Source: Octopus vulgaris (Eukaryota). Taken from it: 64,000 bases of DNA. The stretch spans positions 3,162,001-3,226,000 of the forward strand of contig OX597827.1 in the NCBI GenBank assembly GCA_951406725.2, in the 5' to 3' direction. This document shows, piece after piece, positions 28,585 through 41,063 of this stretch. The notes under the pieces are model-generated. The model was not told where the DNA came from. It made no database searches and worked only from the letters and a program-made list of their open reading frames with translations. The first letter of the stretch is position 1; the number at the start of each line of letters is the position of its first letter. A program made the position numbers and the translations under genes.

Positions 28585-28805
28585 TGAAGGTGTGCTGAAA
28601 AGTTCCTGGCTTTGGGTAAATTAAAATATAGGAGGATCAATTAATTATGATTTTATTCAACATATTACCCTCCCAGATTCACACACTTATTGCAGTGGTC
28701 CTTCAGCTTTTCTAAGCCCTGTAAAAGAACTCAGAAGGTTGGGCCTCCAACCAGGACTTTTGTGACACCCTTAAAAGCTAGGAACTTTTCATCACAAAGT
28801 CTTAC
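28585..28805 (-). mobile_element. Second, inverted copy of the same mariner-derived MITE
   Basis: Reverse-complement match to 25599-25815. TIR GTGCTGAAAAGTTCCTGGC. Confidence 0.75.
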
Positions 28806-28841
<36 letters not shown>

Positions 28842-28879
28842 GTCTGTCTGTCTGTCTGTCTATATATCGATATATCTAC

Positions 28880-28920
<41 letters not shown>

Positions 28921-28997
28921 TACGTATGTATATATATGGACAAAGAATGATAAATGATGAAGATGATGATGATGATGGTGATATATGTATATATAGA

Positions 28998-29161
28998 TGT
29001 AGGTGTGGCTGTCTGGCGAGAAGCTTGTTTCCCAACCACAGGGTTCCTCATTCAGTCCCACAGCATGGCAACTTGGGTAAGTATCTCCTACCATAGTTTT
29101 GGGCCAACCAATGCTTCGTGAGTGGATTTGGTAGACGGGAACTGAAAGAAGCCTGTTGTAC

Positions 29162-29193
<32 letters not shown>

Positions 29194-29417
29194 CTAAGTG
29201 GGTGTGTCACTGCGTCTGTGCTTGTCCTCCCATCACCACTTGGCAACCAGTATTGGTTTGTTTTAATTCCTGTAACTTAGCACTTCAGCAAAAGAGAACA
29301 ATAGAATAAGTACTAGGCTTAAAAAGTAAGTCCTGGGGTGAATTTGTTTGACTAAAGCCCTTCAGGGTAGTGCTCCAGCATGGCAGCAGTCAAATGACCG
29401 AAACAAGTAAAAGAATA
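28998..29417 (+). mobile_element. Family-B SINE
   Basis: Match to 31412-31815. Confidence 0.85.
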
Positions 29418-29699
29418 CACACACGCACTAACACAAACACACACTTACACACACGCAAGTATAAACACGCATACACACTCGCACATACTTGCTAGTCATA
29501 TACGCATAGAGAACTATTCACACATGTATACATCCATTCAGACAGTGCAGTTGCTACAAGCTCTCATTGTTATTCTGTGCTGAGACTGGTGCATGCTGGA
29601 TTGTTTATACACACAGACATGTGCTGTCAATTCACACCTACTTTCACTATATTATTTATTTATATATGCATCTATCATTTATGCCCAGTGAGTGGATAT

Positions 29700-30293
29700 G
29701 TGTCTGTGCGTGTGACTGTGTGTGTATATATATGTATAAGTCTATGTGAATTTATGTGTATATACATATGTGTGTGTGTGTATGTATATATGTCTGTATA
29801 TTCATGTATACATATATACAGGCACCCAGTTATAAATATGTATATATATATACATACTCTGTGTGTATCTAGCTAAGTAGTTGTGTGTGAGTGCATGAGT
29901 GTGTTTGTGTGTGTGTGCATGTGTGTGTGTGTATATATATGTATAAGTCTATGTGAATTTATAAGTATATACATGTGTGTGTGTGTGTGTGTGTGCATGT
30001 ATATATGTCTGAATATTCATGCATACATATATACAGGCACCCAGTTATATATATATTTACATACTCTGTGTGTATCTAGCTAAGTAGTAGTGTATGAGTG
30101 CATGAGTGTGCTTGTGTGTGTGTGTGCATGTGTGTGTGTGTGTATATATATGTATAAGTCTATGTGAATTTGTGTGTATATATACACGTGTGTGTGTGTG
30201 CATGTATATATGTCTGTATATTCATGCATATATATATACAGGCACCCAGTTATATTTATATATATATATATATATATACATACTCTGTGTGTA

Positions 30294-30351
<58 letters not shown>

Positions 30352-30600
30352 CTGTGTGTATCTATAATAGTTGTGTGTGAGTATAGTGTGTTTGTGTGTG
30401 TGTGTGTGTGCATGTGTGTGTGTATATGTATAAGTCTATGTGAATTTGCATGTATATATACAAGTGTGTGTGTGTGTGCATGTATATATGTCTGTATATT
30501 CATGCATACATATATACAGGCACCCAGTTATAAATATATATATATATATATATATACATACTGTGTGTGTATCTATCTAAGTAGTTGTGTGTGTATGTGT
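29700..30600. repeat. Four-copy minisatellite of about 210-280 bp with embedded TG/TA microsatellites
   Basis: Anchors TGTATAAGTCTATGTGAATT and TATACAGGCACCCAGTTA each recur four times. Confidence 0.9.
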
Positions 30601-31350
30601 ATCTTTGCATAAACACAGGCGTGCACACATGTGAAAACAATGCACACAAACACACGACCAGCCAAGCAGTTCTGAATATCAAAAAGTTATAGCGTGTATT
30701 TATTGATGAGAACTCAATCCATTAATTACTATCAGCTTTAGAAAGTAGAGTGTTACAATTGTGGAGAGAGAAGAAGGACGAAGAGAGGAAGGAGAGAGAA
30801 AGAGGGAGAGGCTGGGTGAAGATGCGGGTATTAAGCCGGGGCTGATTGGCGTTGGCTAACATTGGGTGTGTGATAAGCAAGTAACATGATGGTTTTCTTA
30901 AGAGACTACTTGGCCACTCAGATATGGCACTGGACAAGCTATCCTATTGTCAAGGATATAAACTGAGAGAAACTAGTCCACGTTTGTGAATCTATATGTG
31001 AAAGTATCAGGCATACAACAATATGAGTGTGTGTGTGTGTAGTTGTGTGTATGCACACATACATATATCTATATATAGATTTATGCATACACACACACAC
31101 ACACACACACATATATAAGTGAGTGTATACACACCATATTGATATATGTATATATCAATATGGTATGTATGCACTCATCATTTATATATACATGCGTGTG
31201 TGCGCACATATATCTATATATGTATAGATTAATGCACACATGCATGTACACAAGTATATACATACATTTTTTTCATATACATGCACAAATATTATTATGA
31301 CACATATGCAAATACATACACAATATCTGTCCATTTATCTGTCTGCCTAA

Positions 31351-31402
<52 letters not shown>

Positions 31403-31411
31403 ATATATGAT

Positions 31412-31815
31412 AGGCGCAGGAGTGGCTGTGTGGTAAGTAGCTTGCTTACTAACCACATGGTTCCGTGTTCAGTCCCACTGCATGGCACCTTGGGCAAATA
31501 TCGTCTACTATAGCCACGGGCCGACCAAAGCCTTGTGAGTGGATTTGGTAGACGGAAACTGAAAGAAGCCTGTCGTATATATGTATATGTATATATATGT
31601 GTTTGTGTTTGTGTGTGTGTATTTGTCCCTCAACATCGCTTGACAACCGATGGTGGTGTGTTTACATCCTCGTAACTTGGCGGTTTGGCAAAAGAGACTG
31701 ATAGAATAAGTACTAGGCTTACAAAAAATAAGTCCTGTGGTCGATTTGCTTGACTAAAGGCGGTGTTCCAGCATGGCCACAGTCAAATTTGCTGAAACAA
31801 GTAAAAAAGTAAAAG
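31412..31815 (+). mobile_element. Full-length tRNA-derived SINE, family B (internal TA/TG microsatellite)
   Basis: GGCGCAGGAGTGGCTGTGTGGTAAG...GTTCAGTCCC...CACCTTGGGCAA...CAGCATGGCCACAGTCAAA..GAAACAAGTAAAA. Further partial copies at 11290-11490, 15690-15950, 27155-27310, 34100-34220, 34610-34760, 35530-36040, 37875-38005, 44405-44510, 53330-53450, 62550-62750 and 63905-64000. Confidence 0.88.
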
Positions 31816-31958
31816 AGAGAGTAAAGAGTACATATATATATATATATATATATATGTATACAAAGAGAGAGAGAGAGAGAGGCGGGGTGTATGGTGATGC
31901 AAACATGAAAAATAAAACTAAAATTATGTATATTAATATTCATATTTGATTAATTTTT

Positions 31959-32069
31959 TAGCAAAAGTAACAGAGTGACTCAAGGTCCAAGAGTTTCGTG
32001 TGTTGGCAAGTTTGGTAAGTGCTAATGCACGAGACTCTTGGATCTTGAGTCATTCTCTTACTTCTGCTA
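31959..32069. repeat. Fold-back hairpin, 50-bp stem and 11-nt loop
   Basis: Plus-strand pairing counted by hand: 42 Watson-Crick, 6 G:U, 2 mismatches. Confidence 0.9.
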
Positions 32070-32163
32070 TATACATATATTTATAAATACATATATACAG
32101 AGAAAGAGAAAGAGAGAGAGAGAGAGAGCAAGATAGAGTGAGTGATAGATAGATAGATAGATA

Positions 32164-32234
32164 TGTTTCTTTATTAGCCACACAGGGCTGCACACAGATA
32201 GAACAAATTACAAGGTAGAGCTTTTCTTTTGAAT

Positions 32235-32281
<47 letters not shown>

Positions 32282-32362
32282 GGGGGAGTTTCGATCAAAA
32301 GGGATCGTAAAAGGAGAGAAGGAGGACAAAAAAAGGGGGGTTAAAAAAAGGGGGAGAGGAAG

Positions 32363-32400
<38 letters not shown>

Positions 32401-33440
32401 CAATAGGGATCGTTATCACAGAAATGTCAATATGAAGTGTAAAGGGGAGGACAGGTGAGGTTTACCCGTGGAAAGAAAAGCCTACGGAAAAGACCACGGT
32501 AACCTCGGTCAATGAAGTCACATTTTATATTTCTTTTTTTTTTTTTTTTTTTTTTGCAAATAAGCAACTCTCTGTTTTCGATTTCTGGGTTCATAGGACT
32601 ATGCTCAAGGTGGCTTCGTCATTCATACGTGCCATTCTTGCTACATTCACCCATCTTTTTTTAAAACATTCGCTAGACAAAACTTGCCTCTCTACTCTCA
32701 CTTTCCTTTTCAAGTGGTACTTGAAGAAGTTGATGAGAGATTGACCAGAGAGGAAAGTGTTTGTCTCCAATCCTTTCAGACGCGTCCACCAGATACATTC
32801 TTTCGCCATAGCCACAAGGATGATGAAAATAGCTCTTCCTTCCCGTTTGAAGGAAGGAGGCGTGACAATATTGACGATAGACTCAGCTGATAAACCGACT
32901 CGTCCCACACGTGACAGCAGTTGTTCGACATAAGCCCACAGGTCGGAAATTGTTGGACACTGAACGAGTGCGTGCAGAACGGTTTCGTCGCTCTGACCGC
33001 ATCTCGGGCAGGTCGGCCCCGTGTTTCTCGAGCCGTGTCTGTAGAGCTTATCCCGAACGGGTAGCGCTTCTCGGTAGCACTGCCAGGCCAGGGATCTCTG
33101 GAAGTTGTCCATGGGCCCTGGCCCGAAAGTCGTCCTGAACAGGCGGGTCAGGTACTCCTCGTCGACGTCCAGGTTCGCCCCGAGCTCGTCGTCGTACCTC
33201 CCCTCCACTAAACCCCTATAGAATGCTTTGGTTGTGTTGAAGTCACTTAAGGTCGACCCAGGACGGCAGAGTTGCTTGAGAGCAACGCGACACTCGCGGT
33301 GCCATTCGCCCTTCCTCGGCCTCTTTTTGATCCACGACTGCAGTTCGGTCATGGAGACGAGCTGCGGGAAAGCGTGCCTCACAAACGGCGACCACACCTG
33401 TTCACCGTCGTCTACATAGAGCCAGAGATGTCGCAGTCTA
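32164..33440 (-). mobile_element. 5'-truncated L1/Tx1-clade non-LTR retrotransposon (3' end of ORF2 plus 3' UTR), young copy
   Basis: GC/CpG-rich island in AT-rich DNA. The minus-strand frame is open from about 33439 to 32591. T-rich 3' UTR ends ...GCCCTGTGTGGCTAATAAAGAAAC. Flanked on both sides by (GATA)n. Confidence 0.88.
32591..33439 (-). CDS. Truncated ORF2 C-terminus with zf-RVT zinc knuckle (retrotransposon fragment, no true start)
   Basis: [20 protein letters not shown]...[19 protein letters not shown]...W matches the CxxC..HxxxxC zf-RVT region of L1/Tx1 ORF2. The frame stays open upstream of the track start ([15 protein letters not shown]). Confidence 0.85.
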   Translation of the reverse strand, partial: RLRHLWLYVDDGEQVWSPFVRHAFPQLVSMTELQSWIKKRPRKGEWHRECRVALKQLCRPGSTLSDFNTTKAFYRGLVEGRYDDELGANLDVDEEYLTRLFRTTFGPGPMDNFQRSLAWQCYREALPVRDKLYRHGSRNTGPTCPRCGQSDETVLHALVQCPTISDLWAYVEQLLSRVGRVGLSAESIVNIVTPPSFKREGRAIFIILVAMAKECIWWTRLKGLETNTFLSGQSLINFFKYHLKRKVRVERQVLSSECFKKRWVNVARMARMNDEATLSIVL

Positions 33441-33446
33441 CTATAT

Positions 33447-33500
33447 ATAGATAGATAGATAGATAGATAGACAGACGGATGGATTGATGGATAGATAGAG

Positions 33501-33563
<63 letters not shown>
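33447..33563. repeat. (GATA)n microsatellite flanking the Tx1 LINE
   Basis: Directly visible; continues on the far side of the LINE at 32144-32163. Confidence 0.95.
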
Positions 33564-34566
33564 CGTGTATCTTTTCTATCTTTTCATTTATTTTAGTCAT
33601 TAGACTGTGGTCATACTGGGGCACTGTCTTAAAGAATTTTGGTCAAACAAATCATCCCAACTACACACATTTAAACATATGTATATATATATAATTATAT
33701 ATATACATAAATATATATATATATATACATATAAATGAGTGTGTATATCTATATCTTCATATATGTGCGCATGTGCGTATGTTTTAATAAAATTGATTCA
33801 AGTTTTTCTCAAAAGAATAAATTATGGTTGGTTGCACACCAAGTGACAACAAGTCTGTATTATTTCAGTCAAAACAGCAGCAGGACTCTGTATGTGTATG
33901 TATGTGTGTGTGTGTGTGTGAGCGTATTTGTTAATGTGTGTGTGTGTGCATGTATGTGTGAGTGTATTTGTTAATGTGTGTGAATATGTCATTGTATGCT
34001 TGTGTTTGTGAGTATACAATCGATATGAATGCATACTTCTGTGTAACAGAGTCAATTGTGAGTTCTTTGAAAACCTTTTGTAAGTTTTCACTCTACCATG
34101 GACACAGGCATGGTTGCATGGTTAGGAAAAATGCTTTTCAGCTACGTGATTCCAGGCTTGATACCACTGAACAGAATTTTGGGCAAATGTCTTTTATAAT
34201 AGAAGCTCTAAGCTGACTAATGCTTTACAAAATGAACATGATGGAGGCAGTGGCAGTGGCAGTAACAACCACCACCACCACCACCACCACCGCCACCACC
34301 ACCATCACCACCACCACCATCACCATCATCATCATCCACTTTTCCATGTTTACATTAGTCAGATGCAAGTTGTTGAGGTCATGCAAAAAACACCCACTGA
34401 TCACTACAAAGTGTTTGCTGTCAGGAAGGGCATCCAGCTGTAGAAAGCTTGCCAAATTAGACAGATCTTAGCATGGTCCCCTGGTTTACCAGTTCCTGTT
34501 GAACTCACCATCCAATACCAGCTTATATATTGGGACCAATGAGAGTATCCACACACACACATACAT

Positions 34567-34607
<41 letters not shown>

Positions 34608-34769
34608 AGATGGGCTTCTTTTGCTTTTCATCAACCAAATCTTACTTATAAGGGTTTAGTCAGCCCAGGGCTATAACAGGAGAAACTTGCACAAAGTACC
34701 GTGCAGTGGGACTGAAGCTAAATCTGTGTGGTTGGGAAGCAAATTTCTTGACCACACAACCATAAAATT

Positions 34770-35250
34770 TTAGTTGGAAATAAAGTAGAAATTTTTGAGG
34801 ACATCAGTGCATGATTATGAGAAAATTTAAGAATTTTGAAACTATTAACAACATCATGGGATGCCACCGACTAAAGACAAATTTAAATGGTTTACTTTTA
34901 CTGCAAATGTGTAAAGAATTGGATTTTCCTGTTTGTAACATATTCTTTGAACATAAAGAGATTCACAAGGGAACTTGGATGTACTCATGTTCCTAGAAAT
35001 GTTACATCATTGATCATGTGCTAACTTAGAAAGAAAGATTTTAATGATGTAAGTGATGTCAAAGTTTTAAGAGATGCATAATTTGACATGGATTATCATT
35101 ATAACCTTCAATAAAGCGAGTTCAAAAGAATGCCCCAAAATTTGAAAGTAGAATATTCAATGTTTAAAAAGACTTTGATGCTACAGTCTTAAAAGAAGAC
35201 AATGTCAGGCAGAAGTTAGAGCAAGACTTTAACAATATGGAGCATAGTAC
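34770..35250 (+). mobile_element. RTE-clade LINE remnant, AP-endonuclease region
   Basis: NGLLLLQMCKELDFPVCNIFFEHKEIHKGTWM...IIDHVL matches the RTE endonuclease N-G-LL...TW-H...ID pattern. Confidence 0.8.
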
Positions 35251-36169
35251 AAATGGGATCATCATAGTCGTTTTAACATTCAGTTGTATATGCTTGATTG
35301 GGTTGGATAGAATTTGTGAAGATAGATTTTTTTTGGCCAGATGTACATCTTGTCATCAACCCTCACCTGTTTACAAGTAAGGTAATATTTTCCCTTATCC
35401 AGGAATTATACACAAAAAATTGAAAAGAAGTCACTGCTTCTATGACGATGATACTCATTTACAACTATCATGCAGTGTTTAGGCTAAGAGACAGTAACAT
35501 TTACAAACACACACATATGTATATATAAAAGACAGGCTTCTTTTAGCTGCCATCTGCCAAATCCACTCATAAAATTTTGGTGGGCTCAGGGCTGTTGAAG
35601 AAGACACTTGCACAAAGTATCATGCGGTGGGACTGAACCTGAAACCATGTGGTTGGAAAGCAAACTTTTTACTACACAATCATATTTGCACCTTCAAAAA
35701 TACTTATCAAATGTCAAAAGCATTGGCAGTTACAAAGTCGAAAAGCAAAAGAGTGGTTTAACAATAGGTAGAAACAAAATTTATAATTTTTGCAAAATGA
35801 TCAACAAACAAAATTCAATGGCCCAAAATATCCTTTATCTTTTTTTTTAGTCATTGAACTGTGGCCATGCTGAGGCACCACCTTAAATAGTTTACACAAA
35901 GAAATCAACTACAGTGCTTATTTTTAAGTCAGGTAATTATTCTTTCAATCTCTTTTTCCCAACTGCTAACTTACAGGGACATGAACAAACCAACAAAGGT
36001 TGCCAAGTGGTAGGGGAGGACAAACAGAAATACTCATACACACACACACACATTTTTCAAGTTTCACATTGCCGTTTTGAACTTTACTTCTTTGGCCTGA
36101 AAGAAGTGGCCTGAAAGAAGTGGCCTGAAAGAAGGCATCTCTCATACAGCTTATCCTTCTCTTCAATGA

Positions 36170-37500
36170 GTCTGGTGATTGTACCATCATTATCATCAAA
36201 CCAATCTTAGTATTTTGGTTCCATAAGATCTAATATATCTACTCCAGCATCAAAGACTGGGGTTCCATCAAAGTTCCATCAAAGACAATGCCGTCAAGTC
36301 CATTATAAAGAGCAAACTGCATTTCTAAATTTTGCCATTTGAACACAATTAATCCCTGTTATCCTCACTTTTCTTCTGATCTGCACTTTCAACTCGCCAC
36401 ATACAAGTTTGTAGCCTGTATCACATTCTGCACTATGCCTTACTCACATTTAGTGGACATCTTGGATGTATCTCCTTCTGGTGATAATACAATTCAAGAT
36501 GTGTCCATGTTTAGATGTTTGGTAAATCTGTGTTGCCTTGTGGATATCCTTTTGGCCAGAAGAAAGTATAAGGTGGAGAGCTGGCAGAAACTTTAGCACG
36601 CTGGGTGAAATGCTTAGCAGTATTTCATCTGCCATTACGTTCTGAGTTCAAATTCCGCTGAGGTCGACTTGCCTTTCATCCTTTCGGGATCAATAAATTA
36701 AGTACCAGTTATGCACTGGGGTCCATGTAATCGACTTAATCCCTTTGTCTGTCCTTGTTTGTCCTCTCTATGTTTAGCCCCTTGTGGGCAATAAACAAAT
36801 AAGAAATAAGAAGAAAGTATTGCATGTGATTAACTCAAACTCAGTGGAGAGTTTTCACAAGAAAAAGATCATTGGTAATCATCCAATCCATAATGTCCCT
36901 AAACACTCCAAGCATTGCGGTCCTTTCCCACATTGGGATCTCCAAGCAGCAAGATCTTATCTGTATGTGGAATCAATAATATACACTCTTGTAAATCTTG
37001 GTAAAAGGTCATGATTTATTCCTGGATATTATCCAGGAGAGGGTCACAGACGGAAATAACAATCCTGAAATGTTTTTTGGACAGAGAAACCCTCAGAAGT
37101 ATAATCTGATCACCAAAAACCCTGTGGCAATTCCAGTTGACTAGCAATTCCTGACTGCACATCAAAACCTACTGCTCCATTCCTTTCCTTCCCATTTGGT
37201 ATCTCTTTCCAGAGGAATGTATAACCAGCATCCCTCTCCGAGATATGACCTTCATCACTAAGACAGTCTTTTGACAGAGCATCTATATCAATATTATGAC
37301 TGCTCAATTTTTTACCTATAACAGCAGTTTTGTGTTTTGGATTTGAAAATGATTATCTATCAAAATGTGTTCTAACATATCATGCAACTATATTCAATGT
37401 AATTCTATTCTATGAAAATTCTTCTGGAAATTACTATTCTTCTTGTTTCTCTTACCAATTTGAACATCCATCAACCACAGTTAGTGGACCAGCTTGATGG
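36170..37500 (-). mobile_element. RTE-clade LINE remnant (endonuclease N-terminus plus deleted downstream parts), interrupted by a SINE
   Basis: IDIDALSKDCLSDEGHISERDAGYTFLWKE...RNGAVGF resembles RTE IDIAALSETRL..EG...GYTFFW.G...R..GVGF. Confidence 0.72.
36570..36808 (+). mobile_element. Family-A SINE (Tx1-type tail) with 12-bp TSD
   Basis: TSD AGAAGAAAGTAT at 36558-36569 and 36809-36820. Confidence 0.9.
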
Positions 37501-38002
37501 TGGAACAGACAATGTTTGGATTATCTTTCATAGACCTCTCTCATATATATATATATATACATATAAATAAACATATGCACATACATATATATAAACATAT
37601 GTACGTACATATATACATACATATGTACAAAAGTGGCAAGAATATTTTAGCAAGCTGCTAAATTGTTCATCATTGATTGATCCTTTTTTAAGAACTTGTT
37701 TAGTAAATTACATTAAAACACTTTCTTTATCATCCATCGCTATTCAGTGAAGTGTGAGATGCATTGCGCAAACTTAAAAATAGAAAGTTTCTGTCACTGA
37801 CGGAACTTTGCTAACAAAGTCAAATTAGTGTAAATTGGATTCTAGGTTTTTTTATGCGGCTGAATATATATATAGGCACAGGCAAGACTGTGTGGTTGAG
37901 GAGTTCATTTTGCAACCACAGGTTTGAGCAAATGTCTTTAGCTATAGTCCTGTATCACCTAATGCTTTGTGAATGAATTTGGAAAATAGAAACTGTGTGG
38001 AA

Positions 38003-38044
<42 letters not shown>

Positions 38045-38047
<3 letters not shown>

Positions 38048-38720
38048 GACTCTCTCCTTACTATATGGTGAAGGGACATGGACATTTTTCATGGCTGTTT
38101 CCCCCCTCCCCCACTACCAAGAAGACAAATACTTGAAAAAGATGCACAATATATGAAGCAGAAGGGAAACATAAGGAAACTAGCTAGATACCATTGTTCA
38201 CAATGTGATATGCCATTGTATGTGGAATCCTGTTTTGAACTCTACCAGACTAAAGTCAGTTTTTGAATTCATGACCCACATGAGCATCCTGCACAGAGAT
38301 ATAGTTTAGGCAAAAAAAAGCAGTATTTGCACTAAAGGGGCTGAGGTAAATATACACCAAATGTTATCTCACAATAGTAAACTAGCTAAAGTGTTTGATA
38401 TAAATATACACCAAACCATTGTCATGTGCTAATTGATAATCTCAGCCGAGATGATTACCATCAATGTAACCTAGTTGCTTGATAAAAAAAAAAACGTTGT
38501 CATGGGATTAAAGTGATTTCTTTTGTGCCATAGACTATTTACCATTTTTGTTGTACTCCATTTCTCTTGATGTCCTAAGCATGCACTTATTTTACTTGAT
38601 GAATAATCAAGCGCTGCCACGCTCATTGTTTCAGTAACCTCATTAAGCCAATCAGGATGCACAATGTTTCAAAAGGGGTGGTATATCCAGATCCATTTAC
38701 AGTCAGGGGTAGGGTCAAAC
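38045..38720 (+). mobile_element. piggyBac-family remnant (C-terminal cysteine-rich domain plus probable 3' end)
   Basis: GHF..P....RKLARYHCSQCDMPLYVESCFELYQT matches the piggyBac CRD. Ends near AGGGTCAA, resembling AGGG-TTAA. Confidence 0.7.
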
Positions 38721-38873
38721 ACTGATAGAACTGTGCTTGCTTTAATTAATACTGTCATTAATTAATGTTATCTAGGATAATATTTCCCCATAGCCAGACA
38801 CATTTTCTCAGAATATTGCAAAGAAATAACATTCATTTACACCAATCACATAATGTCAAGGCAACAGACACAA

Positions 38874-38904
<31 letters not shown>

Positions 38905-38993
38905 CATTATGAGCTTCTTTTAATTTGTGTATTTGCGTGAATGAGAGTGTGTATGTGTGTGTGTGTGTATGAGCATGTATGCACGTATGTACC

Positions 38994-39223
38994 TATTTCT
39001 TTACTACCCACAAGGGGCTAAACACAGAGAGGACAAACAAGGACAGATGAACGGATTAAGTCGATTATATCGACCCCACTGCGTAACTGGTACTTAATTT
39101 ATCGACCTCGAAAGGATGAAAGGCAAAGTCGACCTCAGCAGAATTTGAACTCAGAACGTAACGGCAGACGAAATACTGCTAAGCATTTCGCCCGGCGTGC
39201 TAACATTTCTGCCAGCTCGCCGT
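38994..39223 (-). mobile_element. Family-A SINE (Tx1-type tail), CpG-rich young copy, 11-bp TSD
   Basis: TSD ACGTATGTACC at 38983-38993 and 39224-39234. Confidence 0.9.
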
Positions 39224-39841
39224 ACGTATGTACCATAGGGTATTCCAACTGATGTAAGCAAGCAAATTTAAACATACTTGCCCACATAAACATATTCATA
39301 TTTGAAGCTATATCTAAAGCAACAGAAATACATACATATATTTATCTACAAGCATATGTACATATTTTTCTACTCACATATATACATACATGGTTTAAAG
39401 ACTACAGTCTCACTTTGGAATGACTCTTTTGTGAGTGTATTCCCAAGTTCCTCTGCAAACCGAAATAAGCAATATAAAGACAAGTTTTGAGTTTCTTATT
39501 GCTCCTGAGATTCTGTTTAATCTCACCATTCTGCCAAGAAAATAATAGCTTTTAACAGCAATATAGAAAATTCTGCTAGGTTTACATGTGAGTAAACTAA
39601 TTTGCATATTAGTGTTTACTTGAATAGCATTAAAAATTCTCTTTGCACCAAAAACAGCATTAGTAGTAGAAATTCAAAATATAAAAGTACACAAACACCT
39701 GCTCTCCCCAATATACACGCATATTCATGTATATTATGTATGTATATAAATATAATGATATGTATAAATATATGTGTGTGTGTGTGTATATGCATATATA
39801 TATAATTATATATTTATACATATATTCTGCGTGTGCATGTG

Positions 39842-39891
<50 letters not shown>

Positions 39892-39917
39892 AACATATAT
39901 ATCTGCGTGTGCATGTG

Positions 39918-39983
<66 letters not shown>

Positions 39984-40287
39984 TATATGTATGTATGTAT
40001 GTGTGTATGCATGCATATGCATATATATCTATCTATCTATATATATATATATATATATATATATGCTAGCATGGAAAGCGGACACTAAACGATGATATAT
40101 ACACACATATATTTATCTGTGTATATATGTATATATGTACATGTGTGTATGTGTATTATATATATATACACTCACACAAATATAGATGCATACATATGTA
40201 TATAAGCAATATAGACATATGCATGTAAATGCATACTGGTGTGTGCATGTGGGTGTATGTGTGAATGTGTGTGTGTATGTGTATATT

Positions 40288-40508
40288 AGTTTCACATTTT
40301 GGCACAAAGCCAGCAACATTTGGGGATGTGGGGAGAGGGCAAGTCAATTACATCGACCCCAGTGTTCAACTGGTACTTATTTTATCAACTCAGAAAGGAT
40401 GAAAGGCAAAGTTGACTACGGTGGAATTTGAACTCAGAATGTATGGATGGAAAAAATGCCACTAAGCATTTAGCTCAGTGTGCTAACGATTCTGCCACTT
40501 CACCACCT
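40288..40508 (-). mobile_element. Family-A SINE
   Basis: Core and B-box present on the minus strand. Confidence 0.8.
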
Positions 40509-41063
40509 TTACATATATATATACATGCATATTAGGATAAACACTTGTGTGTTCTGAGTGCTGCTGTACTCTGTCTCTGAATGCTGGGTTTGATGTTTTA
40601 TCAGGCAGTGAAGCAGCTCTATAGATGTTATGCATGTGTGCGCATGTATATGTGTGTGTGCGCATGTATGTGTGTGTGTTTGTGTGTGTTTGTGTATACA
40701 GTGTGTCTGTAAATTCATGTTAGGATTTCAAAACAATTTATTGATGTAACTTGCAAACATTACACATTCCATATATATGTTGAATAAGAGACCAGCTAAT
40801 AAAGTTTACAGATACTTTAGTGCAGTCCAATGTGGCTCCAATTTGTTGCCCTACACTCATCTATTTTGGGTCCGTCAGTTAGGTGGACACACTGTATCTA
40901 TGTGTGCGTGTGTGTGTGTGTGTGCATGTGTGTGTGCGTTTGTTTATGATGAAGTCAAGCTAAAATTTTGAAATCACTGTTACTCTTCTTCCTACGCTTA
41001 ATAAGCATGTACTCTATAAGCATTTATAGGAAGAGGAGTGACAGTGAGACGTGTACTCTATAA

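Noticed and set aside
30923-30945. miR-183/263-like TATGGCACTGG
   Set aside because: Only an 11-nt match, with no complementary arm.
38436-38465. miR-216-like TAATCTCAGC in a small palindrome
   Set aside because: Only a 10-nt match, the hairpin is too short, and it lies in the piggyBac subterminal region.
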